This document shows positions 7,882 through 18,786 of a stretch of DNA of 38,358 nucleotides, piece by piece. The first letter of the stretch is position 1. The number at the start of each line of letters is the position of its first letter. Both the position numbers and the translations under genes were made by a program. The notes beneath the pieces are model-generated. The model saw only the letters and a program-made list of their open reading frames with translations. It ran no database searches and had not been told where the DNA came from. This stretch comes from a virus (Duplodnaviria > Caudoviricetes): IMG/VR virus record IMGVR_UViG_3300049924_000319, positions 1 through 38,358 of that record. The stretch is one strand, 5' to 3'.

Positions 7882-9936
7882 TCACATCACTTTGCAGGAA
7901 CGGACAAGGGCGGACAGTGTGCTGATGCGTTCAGCCCGCGCGTCATAGTCGGCAGTGTCAAACATCCAGTTCAGGTCGGCCATGGACTGGTCGCGCTGCA
8001 AGGCCGCAATCTCGGCCTCAACGGCTTTCAGCTGGGCATCGGTTGCGGCCGCAACCTCCGGCGCTGTTATGTCGTCGGTGCCGCCTGTGGCTTTTGGCGT
8101 GACTGGTCTTTCGTCTGCAACGCGGCCCGCTGCTGCAACAGCTGCACGTTCTCCTGCAGCAATTCCTTGGCCTGTGGATCCTGTGTCGCCGCCGCTGCCG
8201 CGTTGTACTGGTCTGCCAGCTTGGTCCAGTCGTGCATTGTAGTCCTCCAGGTCGAAGGGTGGCGGTTCAGGCACATTCTGCAGCGCCGGATCCAGATCGC
8301 GCGCCGCATCGGCATTTCTCATTACACGCTGGATCAGGGCTTCATCAAGGGCCACGCGCGGCGTTTCCCGTGGATTGTCGGCCAGAAATTGCGCCGCGAA
8401 TTGCACGTCCTCATGGCTGATGTCAACGCCATCCGCCCGCATGGCCTGATATTCAGATGCAATATCCTCGCCATAGCGCGCCGCCATGTCGGCATCACTG
8501 CCCCAGCGTGCCTTGAAGGCGCTGTTGCTGGCCTTGGCATGGGCTTCGGCATCCAGTTGTGCCTGAATGTCGCGGTCATGCAGGGAGACGATTTTCTCAC
8601 CGGACAAGTGCCGGTCCACCAGGTCATAGAGATCCTGCTCGGTGAGCTGGCGCAAGCCATCGCCACCGGTTTCCACCAGATAACCGGCCTGCTGCAGTTT
8701 TTCCATCATCATGCCGGGTGGCACGCCCTTGCCAATGCGGGTGGAGCCGCTGCCGAACAATCCGCCGCCAGACACCTCCTCGCCTTTCCTGCGGAAGGCC
8801 GGTCCATAAAACGTCATGCTGTTGCGGGTGTTGACGCCGCGCGCCGCCAGTTCACCGGCATCATCGCGCAAGCCACCGGCCTTGGCCATGAATTCCATCA
8901 CGTTCAAGGGCCGGCTCAAACTGCCGCGCCGTTTGGATCCATGGCCGGTCAGGTCAATCTCAATGAGCGGCCCCTCATCTTCGGCCGCCTTGATGCTGGC
9001 GGCCACACGCAACTCATGTTCGGCTGCAGGAATATGGTCAGGCCGTGCCGCCGCAATGGCCGCGTTGGCTTCCGTCTCCTGCAGGGCACCGCGCGCTTCG
9101 GGTGATAGCGTGTCGGCAATCGGGGCGAGAACGGTAGCGGCATCTTGGTCACTCCCATTGATGGCTTTTTCAATCGGCGTGCCTGCTGGCACTTGCAACA
9201 TGCGTTGCAGCACTTCACCTGCAGCCCGCCCGCCTGCTCCCAAAATGCCTGCAAAGCCAGCGGCCGTCAGCGTGTTGCGCACGCCTTCATCAAAGCCGGA
9301 TGACAAGCCCACCTCGGCCCGCCAGGCCTGCACCTGGGGCTGCATCGCTGCTTCCACGGCACCATTGATCACCGCTTCCTTGAGGGCGGTTTTCAGAATG
9401 CGGGTGGCCGCCAGCTTGCCAGCACTTTCACCAGCCCCCAGCATCATGGTGCCCATCTGCACGGGATCACGCAGCGAGCCTGCAAAGCCGCCCCCCAGCA
9501 CCGTGGCCCATTTCGCGGCAAAGTCATCGCGTGACGCCAGGTTCATATCAAAGCGGGTGCCCGCCTCGCGCGCCTGGGCTTCGGCATCGGCCGTGATCGG
9601 CACTTGGGCGCGGATCTCGCGCGCCTTGTCCGGATATTGGTTCTGCAGGTTGCTGACAGAAGTGGTCCAGGTCTTCTGCGCATTGGGATCACGCACAATG
9701 GCCTTGCCGGCCGGAATGATGGCACGCAGCGGATTTTGCAGGCGAGTGCCCGTGGCCTTGAAAATTGCATCGTTGCGCGCGTCATAGGCGCGTTCCAGCG
9801 CCAGTTCGGAGGCATTGAAATTATCGGCAAACAGCGCCGCATCACGCGCCGATGCATAAAGGTCAGAGGTGCTGGCCTCGCCCCCGGCAAAACTTGGCCG
9901 GGAGGGGATCAGCGGCTGTTCGTAGATGAAACTCAC
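7882..9936 (-). CDS. Internal virion/DNA-ejection protein
   Basis: 684 aa, Ala-rich; position in the cluster. Confidence 0.65.
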   Translation of the reverse strand: MSFIYEQPLIPSRPSFAGGEASTSDLYASARDAALFADNFNASELALERAYDARNDAIFKATGTRLQNPLRAIIPAGKAIVRDPNAQKTWTTSVSNLQNQYPDKAREIRAQVPITADAEAQAREAGTRFDMNLASRDDFAAKWATVLGGGFAGSLRDPVQMGTMMLGAGESAGKLAATRILKTALKEAVINGAVEAAMQPQVQAWRAEVGLSSGFDEGVRNTLTAAGFAGILGAGGRAAGEVLQRMLQVPAGTPIEKAINGSDQDAATVLAPIADTLSPEARGALQETEANAAIAAARPDHIPAAEHELRVAASIKAAEDEGPLIEIDLTGHGSKRRGSLSRPLNVMEFMAKAGGLRDDAGELAARGVNTRNSMTFYGPAFRRKGEEVSGGGLFGSGSTRIGKGVPPGMMMEKLQQAGYLVETGGDGLRQLTEQDLYDLVDRHLSGEKIVSLHDRDIQAQLDAEAHAKASNSAFKARWGSDADMAARYGEDIASEYQAMRADGVDISHEDVQFAAQFLADNPRETPRVALDEALIQRVMRNADAARDLDPALQNVPEPPPFDLEDYNARLDQAGRPVQRGSGGDTGSTGQGIAAGERAAVAAAGRVADERPVTPKATGGTDDITAPEVAAATDAQLKAVEAEIAALQRDQSMADLNWMFDTADYDARAERISTLSALVRSCKVM

Positions 9937-12758
9937 CAGGCACCGCCACCGGCAGGATCCATGCCGTTCGCTGATGGTGCCACGCTGTAGCTGCCGGGAT
10001 CAGGAATGCGCGTCACATCCAAGAGCCAGAACCCGCCTTCCTTGTTCATCACATAGCGTGGGTTGTCGGAGGCGGGATCCCCCAGCGCCACGCGGTAGCG
10101 GCCGGGGGCCACGGCCACCAGATGCCCTTGCTGGATCTGGCTGGCGGAAATCGCAATGCCGTTGCTGCTGCCCAGCGGCGGCTGGAAGGAAAACAGGTCA
10201 CTGCTGAAACTGTGCAGCCGTGTCTGCACATCTTCGGCGCTCATCGCCGTGGGCAGCAGGGTTTGCAACCCGTTCACAAGGCCAAGGCCGCCAGCTTGCG
10301 TGCCGTCACCGCGCGTGGTGGCGCCCAGGGCATCATTCAGCGTGTCGGCCCACAGGGCGGCCGCCTGCAGCTGATCCTTGGCAGGGTCAACGCCTTCGGC
10401 ACGCGCCCGCATGTCAAACACCAGTTCCGCCGTCTTGACAGCAGCCGTTTCCGTGGCTGGCAGGGCGGCCAGGGCTGGCAGGTCCGCGCGGTCATTGGGC
10501 GGCATCTTGACGGGCGCATAGCCATCCACCTTGCGCACTTTCAGGGCCTGTGCCGTCTCGCGCAAAAAGCTGTCATTGCCGGTCGCCATGGCAAGGCCCG
10601 CCACATGCGCCAGCACCGGCGCATCCTTGGAGATCTCGGCAAGCGCCAGCGGCGTGTCCTGTTCACCCAGCGCCTTGCGCAAGGTGGGCGCAAACTCCAC
10701 CAGCATGTCCGGGTTGTCGGCAATGGCCTTGGTCAGCGCCTCTTTTTCTGCCGGGCGGAAAAACCGGGGCGTCTGGCCATAACTCTGCGCCACGGCATGG
10801 GCATCAGCGGCGCGGTTGACCAGGGATTTTGCAAACGTCTCGCCGGAGGTCATATCAAGCGGTTCAATGGTGATGCGGCCGCTTTGTTCAGCCCAGCCCA
10901 AGGGATCCTTGTCCAGCCCGTCCACGGCCGCCTTGTACAGGCCCTTCATGGTGTCAAGCGCCACCACGTCACGGTCGGTGGCACCGTGCGCATTCACCTG
11001 CACCTGATAGGCCTGGATCTGCTGTGCAATCTGTTCCGGCCGCTGGTGCCGGTTGGCCGCCTGCCAATTGGCCATGCCTTCAAAGAACTGCCATTGCTGC
11101 CCCAGCGCCGGATCCTGCAGGCCTGCCACCTCCGCCTTGAGGGCAGCACGTTCGGTTTCCGGCACGCCAAAGCCAGCCTTGAGGCGCGACAGCACACCAT
11201 CCACCTTGCGGTCGGCGGCCGCCACGTCACGCAGGCGTGTGGTTTCATCGCGCGCCAGCACCTGTGTCATCTGCGACTGGATGCGCGTGAAGGCTTCCGG
11301 CGTCACATCCTTGCTCAGGCCACTGCCGGATTGCCATTCCTGCTGCAGCTTGTCGGCATAGGCCTGGCGTTCACCAGCCGTGCGCAAGCCCTGAAACTGT
11401 GACAGCACGCGCGCTGACAGCACATCATCATGCAGTTCCGCTGCCAGCTTCACCCGGTCGGTGGGCTTCAAGTCCTGGCTGCCCTGAATGAAGCCTTCAA
11501 TCGAACGCAACTCGTCGGCCACGGCGGCATTGCCAAGTTCATCATCACCGGCCCGCGCCGCCAGCTGCACCAGCGCCGTGCGCTTGGCGCTGTAGGTCTG
11601 CAGGAACGTGGCTTGGCCTTCTTCTTCCAGCTTGCGCGCATGTTCACGCGAAGCATCGCGCACATAGGCAATCTGGTGGCGGCCCACCATCAGGTCAAAG
11701 GATGGCCGCAACTCGGCTGGCAGGCTGGCGCGTGTGGTCTTGCGGTAATCATCAATGCCCTTGCTCACCGCTTCCGGTGCGCCAGGATTGGCCGTGGCAA
11801 TCTGTTCGAGATCGGCCAGCGCCTTGGTTTCCAGCCGCTGGCCATAGATCTGCTGCGCGGCATTGTCATAGGCCTGGCCGCGAATGGTGAAGCTGTGTGT
11901 CAGCTGAAAGGGTGCAGCAGGCGGCGGAGCGTCGCCACCTGCTGCTGCTGCCGGTTGTGGCTTCGCCGGAACGGAAGCTGCAGCCGGAAGGCTTGGAGGA
12001 GAAATCGGCACGCCGCCCCGCGCCAGGCCGAACACCTGCTGCGCATAGGTCAGGCGGCCGGAAAAATTATGCCCGCCACGCGGGTTCTCAGGCGTCCAGC
12101 CTTGCGGCCGCTCATAGCCAATGGCAATGGCCGTGGCATCTTCCACCGTGGTGGCCCGGCGCAGTGCGGCACCGGTCTTGCCTTCACTGGTGTTGAGTTC
12201 ATGCGCCACGAATTCCAGCTGCGTGCGGAAATCGCGCCAGCTGGTGCCTTTGGCTTTGGCAAAAGCCATATAGGCGGCCTTGCGTTCACGGTTCCACTGG
12301 CCAATGCCAATGGATCCACCAGGATCCCTGGGATTGAAAGCCCCGGTGTTCAATCCGCTTTCGGCCAGCAGGTTGCCGGTGATGGCTGATGCACCGGCAT
12401 GGCCAAAGCCCTTGCTTTCAAAAAACGCGCGGGCCTCGCTGGCACGGTTGGGCACGCGGCCGCTTTTGCCCTTGGATGCAGCAGCCGGGGCGGCGGTGCC
12501 GGCAACAGCCGCGGCGGGTGAGGCGGCATTCACATCTGGCAGCGGCACCGCGGGCAAGGCGGCATCACCGGCTGCCAGCGCACCCGCCTGCTCGCCTTCC
12601 AGGGCAGCGGCCTTGTCGGCCATGTCATTCAGATGATTGGTGACCCGCGCCGAAACCTGCGCCAGCTGGCCCCACATGTCAGGCAGGCCGGTGCGGGTAT
12701 CGGGGGCGGCAATGTCACGAAAGCCAACCTGCCGGTCAAAGGTCTGGATCTTAGCCAC
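9933..12758 (-). CDS. Internal virion protein with phage-tail-lysozyme domain
   Basis: AITGNLLAESGLNTGA...GSIGIGQWNRER...QLEFVAHEL motif between Pro/Ala linkers. Confidence 0.8.
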   Translation of the reverse strand: MAKIQTFDRQVGFRDIAAPDTRTGLPDMWGQLAQVSARVTNHLNDMADKAAALEGEQAGALAAGDAALPAVPLPDVNAASPAAAVAGTAAPAAASKGKSGRVPNRASEARAFFESKGFGHAGASAITGNLLAESGLNTGAFNPRDPGGSIGIGQWNRERKAAYMAFAKAKGTSWRDFRTQLEFVAHELNTSEGKTGAALRRATTVEDATAIAIGYERPQGWTPENPRGGHNFSGRLTYAQQVFGLARGGVPISPPSLPAAASVPAKPQPAAAAGGDAPPPAAPFQLTHSFTIRGQAYDNAAQQIYGQRLETKALADLEQIATANPGAPEAVSKGIDDYRKTTRASLPAELRPSFDLMVGRHQIAYVRDASREHARKLEEEGQATFLQTYSAKRTALVQLAARAGDDELGNAAVADELRSIEGFIQGSQDLKPTDRVKLAAELHDDVLSARVLSQFQGLRTAGERQAYADKLQQEWQSGSGLSKDVTPEAFTRIQSQMTQVLARDETTRLRDVAAADRKVDGVLSRLKAGFGVPETERAALKAEVAGLQDPALGQQWQFFEGMANWQAANRHQRPEQIAQQIQAYQVQVNAHGATDRDVVALDTMKGLYKAAVDGLDKDPLGWAEQSGRITIEPLDMTSGETFAKSLVNRAADAHAVAQSYGQTPRFFRPAEKEALTKAIADNPDMLVEFAPTLRKALGEQDTPLALAEISKDAPVLAHVAGLAMATGNDSFLRETAQALKVRKVDGYAPVKMPPNDRADLPALAALPATETAAVKTAELVFDMRARAEGVDPAKDQLQAAALWADTLNDALGATTRGDGTQAGGLGLVNGLQTLLPTAMSAEDVQTRLHSFSSDLFSFQPPLGSSNGIAISASQIQQGHLVAVAPGRYRVALGDPASDNPRYVMNKEGGFWLLDVTRIPDPGSYSVAPSANGMDPAGGGAW

Positions 12759-13296
12759 GTTGCATTGCCCTCACTGCACCATCAAGCACCTGCCCACCCG
12801 CCTCAAACAGCGATGTGCGCATTTTCACCGTGGCGGCCGTGCGCAAGCGCCGCGCTTCGCTGTTGCGTGCGAGGGACGCTCGCAAGGTGTTGTTGTAGTT
12901 CATGCCCAGTTCACGCTCGGCATCCTGCGCCACCTGGGCCTGCGCCTTGACCACGGACACAGAGCCGAGATCCACATTGCCAGCCGCAAAGGCCACCTTG
13001 TTGCGCTGCAGGGTCAAGGCCATCTGCTTGGTCAGGTCGGCTGCTTCCATCTCGCCCTTGATTTTTTCATCCTGCGCCTTGAAGTCTTCATAGGCGGCGG
13101 CCGATTTCAATTCCTGCGCGGCGGCATAGCCGCTGCTCAAGGTGGCCAGCGCCGTGAAGCCGGTGCCAATCAGCGAGGCGGCCGTCAGGAAGGAACTGCC
13201 GCCTGCCGCTACAGCGCCGCCAGCTGCGGCGGCACCGCCCGCTGCTGCAGCGCCTCCACCCAGCGCCGTTGAGAACAATGTGGTGACAAGCATCAT
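12751..13296 (-). CDS. Small internal virion protein (T7 gp14-like position)
   Basis: Gly/Ala-rich N-terminus, AAGNVDLGS motif, follows the nozzle gene. Confidence 0.65.
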   Translation of the reverse strand: MMLVTTLFSTALGGGAAAAGGAAAAGGAVAAGGSSFLTAASLIGTGFTALATLSSGYAAAQELKSAAAYEDFKAQDEKIKGEMEAADLTKQMALTLQRNKVAFAAGNVDLGSVSVVKAQAQVAQDAERELGMNYNNTLRASLARNSEARRLRTAATVKMRTSLFEAGGQVLDGAVRAMQRG

Positions 13297-13308
13297 GGTG
13301 TCAGGTCC

Positions 13309-15744
13309 TCACGCTGCAATGCGTTTTTTGACCAGCCGCACCTTGAGGCGGCCGGGCTTGGTTTGCGTAATGGTGGCTTGCGCCTTGGCCGTGAAGCCCG
13401 GAAAGCCTTCAAGCGTGATCATGCCGGTTGTGGGTTCCGTCAACGGCACGGGATAGGTGTCGCCGTCATTCACCTGCACGGCCAGCGCTTCCGTATCGAC
13501 AACCGAAACATCAACACCAAACACCCGCTTGAGGCGCGCCATCGGCCGCTGCTGTTCTTCTTCGGGAAAGAAGGCCGGATCCGTGGCAAAGGGTGGCGTC
13601 CAGAAACCAGCACGGCCGCTCGACACATTGCGCGGCAGGCGGATGGCACCGCCCGCCACAACATAGGCCCCTTGCGCCTTGCCATCGGCCCACACATGCA
13701 GGGTCTGGCCTTCATAATCATCAAGGCCAGTGATTTCAGGTCCCGGCAGGGTGAAGGCAAATTCCGTGGCGCTGTCCAGCTGCAGGTCCTGGTCCATGCG
13801 CTCAAACACCATTTCATCTTGGCCGCGCACCGAACGCTGCACGATTTGCCACACAACCTGTTCCCCATCCACACACAGGCTTTTGTAAATGCCATCCGTC
13901 TCATGCGGCGCAAAGCCAGAGACTTCCTGGCTGCTCATCAGCGTCAGGGTCACCAGCTTGCCATCCTCATTGATGTACATGATCATGTCGGCATCATTGC
14001 CGCGCGTGGCCCGCTTCAAGTCCCAGTCAATCGGATTGTTCACCAGGAAGGCCGACAGCACCGAGGCATTGTCGCCCAGGAAGTTTTTTTCCAACTCGCT
14101 GTAGGTCATGCGGATCAGTGTCTGGCCGCCGTTCTGGATATAGAAGATGGCATTGGCCAATGAGAGGGCCGTCAGGTTTTCATCAATGCCCGGTGCATCC
14201 GAGCGAAAAAGTTCGGGCACATCTTCGGCGGAGATTGTCGGGCTGGCAAAATGCCAGGGCGCACTGTCGGTGAACAGGATCACCGTGCGGCTGACAAATA
14301 TATCGCGGATGGCGGCGGCACCGCCCGTCACGTCATAACTCAGCGCTGCGGCCGCCCCCTGCTGTTCGGTGTCCAGGTTGAACGGTTCGCCGGTCATGGT
14401 GGCGAGAAATGTGTTGGTGCGCGAGGCAAGCCCCGCCAGGATCAGGCGCTGCTGCGCATTGCGGCCAACGGCAGGCCAGCCGCGTGTGGCCGAGATAAAA
14501 GGCTCACCGGGTTTCTTGCCCTTGGTCGTGGTGCTGACGCCAATGAACCGGCTGGATTGCTTGAGAACCGGCACCAGTTCCAGCCAGTCAACGCCGGCAT
14601 TCTTGGCGCCGGAAAATTCAATGGTGTAGGCCGTGCCACTCAGCGATGTGACAGTCAATCCGGGTTCCACATTGGGCAGCGCTTCAAGCGCCGTCTTGAG
14701 GCGGGTTGCCGTTGTGGCTCCCGTCAGGTCATAGGTGATGCCTTCGGTACGGTGTCCTTCCAGGATCAGTTCAAATATGTCGCCCGTGGTGAAGCCGGTG
14801 AAGTCCAGGCGCTGCACCTCGTTCACGCCATTGCTGTAGGTTTCGCCAAAGTCCGCCAGAGGAATATTTTCAAATGGCACCAGATCCATGTTCCACTGGT
14901 CATCAGCACCCTGGCGCACCAGGCGGCGGCTTGGCGTGGCGGGCAGAAAAAACATGGCCGTGTCATAGTCCTTTTCCCATTTCAGGCCGCGCACCTGCAG
15001 ACTTGTCCAGGGCGCCGGAATGGCTGATTTCCAAACGCCATCGCGGAACACATCAATATTGAATTCGCTGATGACAAATTGATAGTTGATGCTTTTGGCA
15101 TAGTTCCAGGAGCGCACCACGGCATCCGAAATCCCGGTCGCCTGATAGAACACCTCAAGGCCAGACAACGTGATGGCGCCAGGGCCTGCGCCCCCCGTGA
15201 TGATGATGCGCACACGGTTTGTGGCAAGGTTTGCACTGCCGGGCGGCCGCGCAAAGCGGCGCGTGCGCGTGATGCGGCGCAGATGTGTGGCGGATGCAAA
15301 ATCCAGCCAGGTCACACCACTGAGATATTGCACCTTCACGCAACTGTCACGGTCAGCGGCAGACGCCGAAAAATCCAGAAGGTCAATGGCCATCAGGGAT
15401 CCAATGGTCGTGAGATCGATCTCCGCCACGATGAAGGGATCACCCGCAATCACCGCCGTTGTGGTGGTTGTGGCGCTGTTGCCATCCACCAGCAGCGTGT
15501 TGGTGCCGCCATTCGGCAGATACACATTGGCATCGGTGATTGTCCGTTTCTGCAGCTTGCGGCGGCACAGGCTTTTGCGGGTGGAGCCGCCACGGTCCAC
15601 ATAGCCGCCCTGCGGCAGCATCACCACATTGCGGCTGTCGGACAGCGAGGCTTGCACGAATTTTGTATCGCGCCGCTCGATCACCATGGGATCCAGTACG
15701 CCATAGGTGTGGCTCGCCTGTGTTGTCAGCACACGCACCATCAC
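13309..15744 (-). CDS. Tail tubular protein B / nozzle
   Basis: 811 aa beta-rich; NVVMLPQGGYVDRGG, GWPAVG..AQQRLILAG and QEVSGFAPHETDG motifs. Confidence 0.85.
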   Translation of the reverse strand: MMVRVLTTQASHTYGVLDPMVIERRDTKFVQASLSDSRNVVMLPQGGYVDRGGSTRKSLCRRKLQKRTITDANVYLPNGGTNTLLVDGNSATTTTTAVIAGDPFIVAEIDLTTIGSLMAIDLLDFSASAADRDSCVKVQYLSGVTWLDFASATHLRRITRTRRFARPPGSANLATNRVRIIITGGAGPGAITLSGLEVFYQATGISDAVVRSWNYAKSINYQFVISEFNIDVFRDGVWKSAIPAPWTSLQVRGLKWEKDYDTAMFFLPATPSRRLVRQGADDQWNMDLVPFENIPLADFGETYSNGVNEVQRLDFTGFTTGDIFELILEGHRTEGITYDLTGATTATRLKTALEALPNVEPGLTVTSLSGTAYTIEFSGAKNAGVDWLELVPVLKQSSRFIGVSTTTKGKKPGEPFISATRGWPAVGRNAQQRLILAGLASRTNTFLATMTGEPFNLDTEQQGAAAALSYDVTGGAAAIRDIFVSRTVILFTDSAPWHFASPTISAEDVPELFRSDAPGIDENLTALSLANAIFYIQNGGQTLIRMTYSELEKNFLGDNASVLSAFLVNNPIDWDLKRATRGNDADMIMYINEDGKLVTLTLMSSQEVSGFAPHETDGIYKSLCVDGEQVVWQIVQRSVRGQDEMVFERMDQDLQLDSATEFAFTLPGPEITGLDDYEGQTLHVWADGKAQGAYVVAGGAIRLPRNVSSGRAGFWTPPFATDPAFFPEEEQQRPMARLKRVFGVDVSVVDTEALAVQVNDGDTYPVPLTEPTTGMITLEGFPGFTAKAQATITQTKPGRLKVRLVKKRIAA

Positions 15745-16385
15745 CAGTCCTCATATCCGGAACGGGCATCACCCGGTCCATAGCGCACGGCGGTGATGGG
15801 GTTGCGGCCGCCATCAATTTCAGGGGCGGGCTGGGCCTGCGCATCAAGGGCTGTGGCCACGGCAAATTGCCCGCCTTCCCCCTGCATCTGTTCCGAGCCA
15901 TAGGCCTCAAGCCGCAACTTGGCGCGCAACGTCCAGTCCTCGCGCAAGGCACCGGCATATTCCGCCATCAGGCACAGGTTGGACAGTTCGCGGAAATAGG
16001 CCGGCCACCAATCAGGATCCGGCTTCCAGGGATATTCGCACCACAGGGCTTCCACATTGGCCAGAATGTGCTGGCCATTGGGTTCCCAGTTGGTGAAGGG
16101 CCGCGCATTGACGGCCGGACTGTCATAGATGGCGCGGGGCGGCCCCAGGCGGTCGGGCGGCAACAAGAATTTATAGGTCCAGCCAAACACCGGCGCATCC
16201 GTCTCGCGTGACAGGGCGGCTTTTTTCTTGGTGAAGTGCCAGGGGTATTTGCCCATCAGATCTTCAATGACGGACCAATAGAGATCAACGGCGTTCTTTC
16301 CGGCAGGTCCCGGCTGGTCGAAACTTTGCATCCTGATCCCGCCAATGCGGGAAATGGCACGGTTGGCAATCGTCACATGGTCCAT
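15741..16385 (-). CDS. Tail tubular protein A / adaptor
   Basis: IANRAISRIG, YPWHFT and FGWTYKFLLPPD motifs. Confidence 0.85.
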   Translation of the reverse strand: MDHVTIANRAISRIGGIRMQSFDQPGPAGKNAVDLYWSVIEDLMGKYPWHFTKKKAALSRETDAPVFGWTYKFLLPPDRLGPPRAIYDSPAVNARPFTNWEPNGQHILANVEALWCEYPWKPDPDWWPAYFRELSNLCLMAEYAGALREDWTLRAKLRLEAYGSEQMQGEGGQFAVATALDAQAQPAPEIDGGRNPITAVRYGPGDARSGYEDW

Positions 16386-16404
16386 GGAATGTCATCCGCT
16401 GCAT

Positions 16405-16437
16405 GAAAGGATCCGGCCGCAACCCGTGCGGCCGGAT
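16405..16437 (-). terminator. Terminator-like hairpin after the capsid-associated gene
   Basis: 11-bp stem ATCCGGCCGCA/TGCGGCCGGAT with a weak U tract. Confidence 0.55.
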
Positions 16438-16452
16438 GGGACGTGACGGCTG

Positions 16453-16761
16453 TTAACCGGCCGTGAGGTTGGCGAGCGCCACTGTGACGGCCGATCCGGT
16501 GTTGACGGTGACCATGTAGAGTTTGAGTTTCATGGTGCCGCCAATGGCCATCACAGCCATGATCACATCACCCACGGCAAGCTGTGCTGCCATGGAGTTG
16601 AAGTAACCCGCCGTTTCCACGGTGGCGGCCAGGTCGGTTGTGCGCAAATCCCACGTTGCAAGCGACTGGCTTGCAGCGCCTGCCACCTGGAAGGTGCCGG
16701 AATTGACGCGGCGGATATAACCGGGATAGATCCCGCTTGCTGGTGTACCAAGTCCACGCAT
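16453..16761 (-). CDS. Capsid-associated (decoration/cement-like) protein
   Basis: 102 aa directly after the capsid gene; AGGAG RBS; TVETAGYFN...LAVGDVI motif. Confidence 0.6.
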   Translation of the reverse strand: MRGLGTPASGIYPGYIRRVNSGTFQVAGAASQSLATWDLRTTDLAATVETAGYFNSMAAQLAVGDVIMAVMAIGGTMKLKLYMVTVNTGSAVTVALANLTAG

Positions 16762-16789
16762 GTTGAAAATCTCCTATGGCGTGAGAGGG

Positions 16790-16815
16790 AAAAGCAGGCG
16801 GATCAGTCCGCCTGC
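16790..16815 (-). terminator. Rho-independent terminator after the major capsid gene
   Basis: 9-bp GC-rich stem GCAGGCGGA/TCCGCCTGC followed by TTTT. Confidence 0.65.
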
Positions 16816-16826
16816 CGGTTGTTGCG

Positions 16827-17690
16827 TTAAGAGGTGATCACCACGTCAGCGGCGGCATATTTCACCTGCATCTTGACCACGCCTGGATCCAGCAACACCT
16901 TGGAGCCAATGCGCATGCGCAGATTGTGCGACCAGCAGTCCTTGGTGTTGTCCCACACCACGTTGCCGGTCAGCTGGCGGGTGTAGCCAAAGCCAAGGGC
17001 AGAACGCGCCCAGAACAGCGGTGTGGCTTGGGCAGCACTGTCAGCAGCACGCAGAATGCTGTCAGACAGTTGGAACACGTGAATGCCGTTCCATGTCTTG
17101 GCCAGGCCCTTCTTGACGAAGGGAATATCCGGCCCGTTGTAATCCTGGTTGTTGAAGTGCTTGAAGCCGATGGCACGGTTCCACGACACGCTGTCCAGCG
17201 CGCAGAAGAATTCATTGTCCATCCAGTCAACATCCTTGGCCTGCACGGTTTGTGCAGCCTGCAGGATCAGCGCCAGGTCAAAGGCCACGGCATAAGAGCC
17301 AATGGCAGTGGAAGCCGCACGCAGCGCCGTTACAATGGTCTTGTCATGCACGCGGCCCAGCGCGCGGGCGGAACGCCGCCCTTCAATCTGGTTTTGTTCA
17401 ACCGTCATCTGGTCCAGGTCGTCCTCATAGACTTCCGTGTAGCAGCGTGACTTTTTGGTGGTTACGATGACTTCCGTGTCGTTGGCATTCTGCACAACGG
17501 CCACATCGCCGGTCTGCACATCTTCTTCCGCGCCGACGATGCCGGCAATCGGGAAGTGCATTTGCTTGCCCTGAATTTTAACAGGTGGCGTCACGGTGTT
17601 GCGCAGCGCAAAGCCGTTGGCCTGGTACACGTCAAGTGCAGTGTCCTTCCACTGATCGACATACCAATTGGGTGCTGTAGGTCCAGACAT
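16827..17690 (-). CDS. Major capsid protein
   Basis: 287 aa after the scaffold gene; ARALGRVHDKTIV and C-terminal GSKVLLDPGVVK patterns typical of podovirus capsids. Confidence 0.85.
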   Translation of the reverse strand: MSGPTAPNWYVDQWKDTALDVYQANGFALRNTVTPPVKIQGKQMHFPIAGIVGAEEDVQTGDVAVVQNANDTEVIVTTKKSRCYTEVYEDDLDQMTVEQNQIEGRRSARALGRVHDKTIVTALRAASTAIGSYAVAFDLALILQAAQTVQAKDVDWMDNEFFCALDSVSWNRAIGFKHFNNQDYNGPDIPFVKKGLAKTWNGIHVFQLSDSILRAADSAAQATPLFWARSALGFGYTRQLTGNVVWDNTKDCWSHNLRMRIGSKVLLDPGVVKMQVKYAAADVVITS

Positions 17691-17813
17691 GTTCTGAATT
17701 TCCTTCGATGAATGATGGTTTTCCGTCGAAGGGCCGAGGGCCGCGTGGGGCGTCCAGGTCGCTGAAAGCGAGGGCCGGAAGCAGGTGGCGGGTCCATCCC
17801 TTGAGTGCGGCCG

Positions 17814-17847
17814 AAACTAAGGGACCTGCCGGGTCTGTTCCGACAAA
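17814..17847 (-). promoter_or_regulatory. Putative late promoter copy 2 (TTTGTCGGAACA-N16-TAGTTT)
   Basis: Upstream of the capsid gene and directly after a terminator. Confidence 0.75.
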
Positions 17848-17848
17848 C

Positions 17849-17874
17849 AAAAAAGGGCGGCCCTGCGGCCGCCC
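17849..17874 (-). terminator. Rho-independent terminator after the scaffold gene
   Basis: GGGCGGCC-N4-GGCCGCCC stem followed by T6. Confidence 0.8.
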
Positions 17875-17901
17875 AGTCTGGCTGGTGGTGGGGAAGAAGA
17901 A

Positions 17902-18782
<881 letters not shown>

Positions 18783-18786
<4 letters not shown>

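Noticed and set aside
7822-15783. Long plus-strand ORFs (e.g. 7822-9105, 10122-11402, 11430-12389)
   Set aside because: Antisense shadows of real minus-strand genes, common in high-GC DNA.
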